Source: a virus (taxonomy: Duplodnaviria; Caudoviricetes). Taken from it: DNA of 64,000 nucleotides. Position 1 is the stretch's first letter. Each line of letters begins with the position of its first letter. The stretch lies in the IMG/VR virus record IMGVR_UViG_3300022660_000043. The stretch is one strand, 5' to 3'. Both the position numbers and the translations under genes were made by a program. The notes beneath the pieces are model-generated. The model was given only the letters and a program-made list of their open reading frames with translations. It ran no database searches and was not told the DNA's origin. Positions 59,047-64,000 of the stretch are shown here, piece by piece.

Positions 59047-59056
59047 TAATTTAGCA
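59047..59056 (-). promoter_or_regulatory. putative late promoter
   Basis: TGCTAAATTA. Confidence 0.7.
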
Positions 59057-59064
59057 AATATAAA

Positions 59065-59096
59065 AAGCGGAGTAGCCATTTAAGCTTACTCCGCTT
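59065..59096 (-). terminator. intrinsic terminator
   Basis: AAGCGGAGTA...TACTCCGCTT with a minus-strand U tract. Confidence 0.7.
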
Positions 59097-59107
59097 GAAT
59101 TTTTTAA

Positions 59108-59671
59108 TTAGCCATTTAGGCGTCTTGTTTTAGGTGCGCCCTCATCATCATAAAGCTCAGCATCTGTAACAGGTGCTTGAGTCATATCAGGCTCATCAAA
59201 GTCTACAAAAAAATCAAAGTCATCATCAATGATGGGTGCTGGAGCAGGTGTACGAGACACAGGCGCTTTCATAGGCTCTACATCAAACTCTGCTTCAGGA
59301 AGAGCAGGTGCAGGCGCAGGTTCTTCTGCAGCTTCATCTTCTTCATCCTTATCATCATCTTTAGACTCGGACTCAGACTTGTCATCCTCTGTATCTTCTG
59401 CTTCATCATCATCTTCTGGCTTTTCTGTAGAAATGTCAGCCTTATCATTAAGATAAAACTCAAGCTGACCAATAAATACTAGATACGCGTCCATAAGGTC
59501 TTGCATTAGTTCTTCAACTTTTTCAGTGCCTGCGTAAGTTTCTCGAATAGCAGCAGCGGCTTCTTTTAGATAGCCTACCTCGTCCCAGCCCTTACTCATC
59601 ATATCTGTAATAAAAGATACAGGAAGTTCTTCCATAGTAGGCTTATCATTATCTTCTCTTAAAATTCGCAT
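59108..59671 (-). CDS. acidic protein with helical hairpin; candidate internal head protein
   Basis: MRILRED leader; two amphipathic helices ending IGQLE; acidic tail. Confidence 0.65.
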   Translation of the reverse strand: MRILREDNDKPTMEELPVSFITDMMSKGWDEVGYLKEAAAAIRETYAGTEKVEELMQDLMDAYLVFIGQLEFYLNDKADISTEKPEDDDEAEDTEDDKSESESKDDDKDEEDEAAEEPAPAPALPEAEFDVEPMKAPVSRTPAPAPIIDDDFDFFVDFDEPDMTQAPVTDAELYDDEGAPKTRRLNG

Positions 59672-59685
59672 AGTATATCCTTTCC

Positions 59686-60567
59686 TCAGATTAAATTATA
59701 TTCAATAGTGCCTAAACGGCCTTTAAGTTCTTTAGGTAAATTAGATGCACGAATACCATTTTTCCATAGATACCATACACAGCCATCCACAAGAACTTTC
59801 TTGGAATGATCACCCCAAGTATCCATATCGCTGTCTGTAAGAATCATTACATTAGTACAGCCACTCGCAAGAATTTGATTTACAATATGAGGCCAAGCAC
59901 CGGTTCCACCACCTTTGCTTCTTGCACCTTCTGGAGTTGTTGCAATATCATCTGTAAAGTAGAAAATATTAAGTTCTAACTTACCATCATCAACAAATTC
60001 AGAAAGGTCTTCGACAACTGCACGACCTCTTATTAAATCGCTTTCACTCCAAGAGCCTGAATAATCTAAAAATACTTCAATCTTAGGTACTGTAGGTCTA
60101 GTTACATCTGTAGTTCTTTTGCCTCGTACTACCATATCGGGGTCATCTTCATAGCGTCTATTAAGCACTAGCCAAGTTTCTTCTTCCTCTTCATAAGCTC
60201 TAACTTGTTCAGAAATTGTTTCAAAAATATCATCTCTAAGCTTATTCTGGTTGTTATTGGCCATGCGTTTCTTATAACGCTCAGCTTCTCTTTGTTTAGC
60301 ACGAAGAGCTTTTCTTTCATCTCTTTCTGGCTTTAAATAAACTTCATCTTCATCAAAGAGTTCTTTATTCTTTGTAGCATCGCTGGCATCTGCTTTAATT
60401 TTTGCAATTCGAGCCGGCAGATCCGTAGAATAGTCAACAGGCTTAACTGTACTTACTAGATCAAGAATGTCATCAATCATACTATCATATTCTTCTTGTG
60501 ACATTTCACCTAGAGTTTTAGCTTCAAGTAATTTTTTAGCTTCAGTAAGAGAAATTCTTTTAATCAT
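59686..60567 (-). CDS. vWA-domain protein
   Basis: MIDAS FLDYSGS...GGGT...ILTDSD; start MIKRISLTEA. Confidence 0.85.
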   Translation of the reverse strand: MIKRISLTEAKKLLEAKTLGEMSQEEYDSMIDDILDLVSTVKPVDYSTDLPARIAKIKADASDATKNKELFDEDEVYLKPERDERKALRAKQREAERYKKRMANNNQNKLRDDIFETISEQVRAYEEEEETWLVLNRRYEDDPDMVVRGKRTTDVTRPTVPKIEVFLDYSGSWSESDLIRGRAVVEDLSEFVDDGKLELNIFYFTDDIATTPEGARSKGGGTGAWPHIVNQILASGCTNVMILTDSDMDTWGDHSKKVLVDGCVWYLWKNGIRASNLPKELKGRLGTIEYNLI

Positions 60568-61321
60568 CGATATCCCCCGTTCCGCCAAGCTCATCGAATA
60601 GTTTTCTTAGAGCTCTATCTGCGCCTGTTTTTGCGTTACCGCCTAGCCCCTTAAGTCTTTTAATAACTGCGGCTAAAATTTCTTCTGGGGTAGGCTGTTT
60701 ACCATTACCCATGCCGCCTTGTCTCATCCTAAACGGGTCTAATTCTTTTGAGCTTGAGCTGCTTTTGCCTTTTCCGCTGGCTTCACGGCTCTCACCTTTA
60801 TCTCCAGTATCAGCTTCACCACTACCAGCGCCACCACTACCTTTTGGACCAATAGACTTAGTGCCTGCTGCATGATTACCATTATGTTTATTTAAATCAG
60901 CGATATCTTCAGGAGTTTTTTCTTCTTGCTCATTCTCACTCTCACCTGAATTACTTTTACTAGAGCCTTGGTCTTCAGTATCACTAGCACTATTATCGTC
61001 ACTATTTACTGTGGTACCATCCACAGTTCCATTATCACTGTCGTCAGGTTCCTCTTCAGTTTGAGTGCCTTTATTGTCATCGCCGGTATCACTAACTGAA
61101 GGTGGATCTTCTTCATCCTCATAATCCGGTTGTTGAGTAGCTAATAATATTTTTTCAAGGGCATCTGCTTTAGCATTAAGCATATCTGCTACATCTTGTT
61201 TACCTGCAGCTACAGCTTCCGCAGCAGCCTCTCGAGCAAGTTTGATAGTACGATCAGCATCTACTATTCTGTCAAAGACTACGTGGTCTGATACTATATT
61301 TTTTGGAATTTCAATTGCCAT
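60560..61321 (-). CDS. acidic low-complexity linker-like protein
   Basis: D/E/S/G-rich middle region between short helices; resembles the linker of peptidase-vWA fusions. Confidence 0.65.
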   Translation of the reverse strand: MAIEIPKNIVSDHVVFDRIVDADRTIKLAREAAAEAVAAGKQDVADMLNAKADALEKILLATQQPDYEDEEDPPSVSDTGDDNKGTQTEEEPDDSDNGTVDGTTVNSDDNSASDTEDQGSSKSNSGESENEQEEKTPEDIADLNKHNGNHAAGTKSIGPKGSGGAGSGEADTGDKGESREASGKGKSSSSSKELDPFRMRQGGMGNGKQPTPEEILAAVIKRLKGLGGNAKTGADRALRKLFDELGGTGDIDD

Positions 61322-61322
61322 A

Positions 61323-62399
61323 TTACACACCTCTTGTCTTATCCCAGATATCTTTTATTGTATTGCTGTCATACCCGAAATTTTTCAAGGTAATATAGAC
61401 AGTTCTATACCAATCTTCTTCTTCTGATCTAAATTTCTTAATAACCTCTACTGCAAAACCTTTTTGCTCTGGAGTGTGTAAATCTACAACTTTTTTGGCT
61501 GTCACAGGATGAATTATTGGAGTAGTATGTGTTGGATTAGACTTTTTAATTGTAAGCAATAAACTATCTACTTGCTTGTCATTGATAGGTGTTGTGGTAA
61601 AAGCTTCATAGATAGATTTAATAATATTATAATAATCTTCAGGTAAGTTACGTCCTTTAAACTTAAAGTCATTAGCTGCCATGTCAGCCAGTAAGTCATC
61701 AATTTCCGAAGTACGATCAATTTCTCCATATTTATCCATAGAAGCTCTAATTCTTGGAGCAAGGTCATCCTCTGGATTACTATGATGAGCGATAGCTGAC
61801 TTGATTCCATTAGCAATCTCATTATGTATTGCATCAATTTCTGCTTGCAATCTATGGTACATCTGCTCTATCGGAAGATCTACCCATTCAAGTCTAATAT
61901 CATCCGTGATAAGACCACCGATAGTTCTACCATTAAGGAACATATTTCTTACAACTTCCTTATCTTCCGCAGAGTAAATCCTATCAGAAATCTCAAGATC
62001 TTCAATATAATTTAAAAATCCATGCAGGGTCATACTATTACCCCACTTGATATCAAACTCTTCACCAAATTTTCTCATCATACGAATCTGGTGCATAAGA
62101 AGATTGTGTGCTAGCTCGTGTCTCATAAGCACATTAAGTTGGTAAAATAAAGACTCATCTAATAAAAAGCCTTCACTAATATAGATAACGCCAAGATCAA
62201 AAGAAATTGCAGCAGTACAGGTAGGGTCTGCTTTCAATGAAACAATTTTAATATTAAAATCTTTGAGGCGCATTGCATACTTTTTGTGGTGGTGACCTTT
62301 ACCATCGTCGAGAAGCAGCTTAATAAGTTTTCTATGTAGCTGCTTCTCTTGCTTAGTCATATGCTGCTTAGCCTCAGTTAAGCGTAAGCTAGATTTCAT
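61323..62399 (-). CDS. zincin-like metallopeptidase (DUF2201-N-like)
   Basis: TAA...IY...F...LMRHELAHNLLMH...NYIEDLEI. Confidence 0.8.
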   Translation of the reverse strand: MKSSLRLTEAKQHMTKQEKQLHRKLIKLLLDDGKGHHHKKYAMRLKDFNIKIVSLKADPTCTAAISFDLGVIYISEGFLLDESLFYQLNVLMRHELAHNLLMHQIRMMRKFGEEFDIKWGNSMTLHGFLNYIEDLEISDRIYSAEDKEVVRNMFLNGRTIGGLITDDIRLEWVDLPIEQMYHRLQAEIDAIHNEIANGIKSAIAHHSNPEDDLAPRIRASMDKYGEIDRTSEIDDLLADMAANDFKFKGRNLPEDYYNIIKSIYEAFTTTPINDKQVDSLLLTIKKSNPTHTTPIIHPVTAKKVVDLHTPEQKGFAVEVIKKFRSEEEDWYRTVYITLKNFGYDSNTIKDIWDKTRGV

Positions 62400-62414
62400 A
62401 TGCCCTCCAATTAG

Positions 62415-63797
62415 TTACCATGCCTTAGCAGCGTTTCTGATTTTATCTTGAACTACTGATGGAGACACTGCATAGGTAGTACCAGCAGAGTTACCATTTG
62501 CAAACAAGTCATCATCATCCTCGCCGTAGTCATCAAAATTAATTTCATCCTCTTCTGATTCACCTTCATTTTCCTCAGCTTCAGGTTCTTCAGTCTGTAT
62601 ATCTACATTTGCGCCAAGTGCCTTAAGGTCAATGCCTTTTGTGGAGCAAAGATCTTCAAATGTTGGCTCATAATAATCATTAATAATGGTCCTTAACATA
62701 TCCATATTGTCTTCAAGGAAGTCAGAAGAATTAAGTAGCGTAAGGAAACCATCTTTTGTACCTCTACTTGCCTTAAGAAGCTCAAACAGCATTCTCTGGT
62801 TAAGCATATCTGCATCTTCCATCTCTAACGCCTGTAACATACTCTGAAGCTCATCTTTGGAAGCTGCACCCTCACCATCATATTTAAAGTCTCTATGATT
62901 TACAATAAATCTGCCTAGGTGCTGAATTCTTAAAAATGTTTCAAGATTACGTAAAAAATTAGGATGTTTCGGATTAAGCTTTTTAATAAGCCTGTCATAA
63001 TACTTGAGAAGGAAGTCATCTGTCGTTCTGGAATCAGAATGAGCATTTTTATTCTTAAACAGATATCTGGTTTTCTCTGCCTGGAAGAGCTTAGCTGCAC
63101 CGGGGTCAGACTTTAAACTTGGGTTGATACAAGCTACTGTAAAGAGTAGGTTTTTAAAGTAGTACTTGCCACCGGGAACATCAGCCTGAATAGTTTTATT
63201 GTTTACCAAGGTAAGTAGAGAACCACGAATCTGGTCTTTAGTCTGTCTATTAAGCTCATCAAGGAAGATAATAGAATTCTTACTCTCATCCTTAAGAGCA
63301 TCAAGTGTATTTGAGAAGGCCTTAGTAACTTTCTTACGGTCTGTATCATCTCTAACCGTAAAGCCGTTAATGAAAGCTTCTAGGTCATTATCTTTTGCAT
63401 TAATTTCGACACAGTTAAGACCTCTAGCCCTTGCCCAGTTTTCTACAATGGCTGTCTTACCAGAGCCAGGTAAACCAGAAATAAGAACATTACCCATACT
63501 ATGCTGACCTAGTTGCTGTTGCTCTAGAGCATATTCAAGAGCTCTGTCAAGAAGGTCAGTAATTACATTTTTAGTTTCAATAGCACCAGTATCACCTTCC
63601 TCATCTGGGAGGAATATAGCTTCTTCAGCCTGAATAGCTTGGCCTACCTCTTTAATTTCAGCAGCTGCATCTGTTGCTGCTTCCGCAGATACCTCACCGT
63701 CTGTAGAGTCTTCAATCTCATCCGCAATCTCTGCTACGGAGTCAGAAGTATTAATATCTGCTGCTTCAATGTCTTCTTGTAGTCTTTTAATTTTCAT
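62415..63797 (-). CDS. MoxR-type AAA+ ATPase
   Basis: Walker A GLPGSGKT, Walker B IIFLDELNR, LLTLV, ACINP; linked to vWA gene. Confidence 0.85.
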   Translation of the reverse strand: MKIKRLQEDIEAADINTSDSVAEIADEIEDSTDGEVSAEAATDAAAEIKEVGQAIQAEEAIFLPDEEGDTGAIETKNVITDLLDRALEYALEQQQLGQHSMGNVLISGLPGSGKTAIVENWARARGLNCVEINAKDNDLEAFINGFTVRDDTDRKKVTKAFSNTLDALKDESKNSIIFLDELNRQTKDQIRGSLLTLVNNKTIQADVPGGKYYFKNLLFTVACINPSLKSDPGAAKLFQAEKTRYLFKNKNAHSDSRTTDDFLLKYYDRLIKKLNPKHPNFLRNLETFLRIQHLGRFIVNHRDFKYDGEGAASKDELQSMLQALEMEDADMLNQRMLFELLKASRGTKDGFLTLLNSSDFLEDNMDMLRTIINDYYEPTFEDLCSTKGIDLKALGANVDIQTEEPEAEENEGESEEDEINFDDYGEDDDDLFANGNSAGTTYAVSPSVVQDKIRNAAKAW

Positions 63798-63808
63798 AAT
63801 TATCCTCC

Positions 63809-64000
63809 TTATTCTCTAATGAATGCCTCAGCATAAGCTTCTACATCGCCAATCTTGTAGCTATTGTACTCAATGTTAGCTGCTGCCTCATTCATACGTC
63901 TAGCAGAGATGGCACAATCTCCAAATTCAGTTTCAACAAGAAAATAGCCATTTCTCTCAGAAGCCTTCTTAACAATTCTAAGGTTAGAAATGTCAGATCC
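63809..64000 (-). CDS. hypothetical protein (C-terminal part only)
   Basis: Open frame ...GSDISNLRIVKK...YAEAFIRE* from the window edge, followed by the SD of the ATPase. Confidence 0.6.
   Translation of the reverse strand, partial: GSDISNLRIVKKASERNGYFLVETEFGDCAISARRMNEAAANIEYNSYKIGDVEAYAEAFIRE

Overview
This window is a 64-kb segment of a large, AT-rich, lytic-type myovirus with a T4-like virion module. The host is probably a Bacillota/Clostridia gut bacterium, inferred from strong GGAGG Shine-Dalgarno (SD) sites, sigma-A-type promoters, and YodL and FIVAR-like domains. Layout: (1-17.9 kb, minus) small accessory genes, a 1124-aa acidic multidomain protein, an SNF2/HARP-like helicase and a 1.7-kb non-coding, origin-like region; (18-37.6 kb, plus) tail and baseplate operon; (37.7-54 kb, minus) tube, sheath, neck, major capsid, protease-scaffold, portal and terminase; (54-64 kb, minus) ART-like/SWIM, nucleotidyltransferase/ParB-like and MoxR-zincin-vWA genes. 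A late-promoter-like motif GCTAAATTA recurs 11 times. The main inferred system is a set of late-expressed, probably capsid-packaged cargo proteins and polyproteins. They carry short N-terminal leaders ending in the T4 gp21-type protease site [L/I/V]-x-E, and several have the same site between unrelated enzyme domains. Other notable items are an unannotated ART-like gene broken by a 4-bp duplication, a probable +1/-2 programmed frameshift upstream of the tape measure, an unannotated ribbon-helix-helix (RHH) gene, a G-quadruplex/mirror-repeat plus iteron-like origin candidate, and two GU-supported RNA structures. All function calls come from motifs recognised by eye; no database searches were run.
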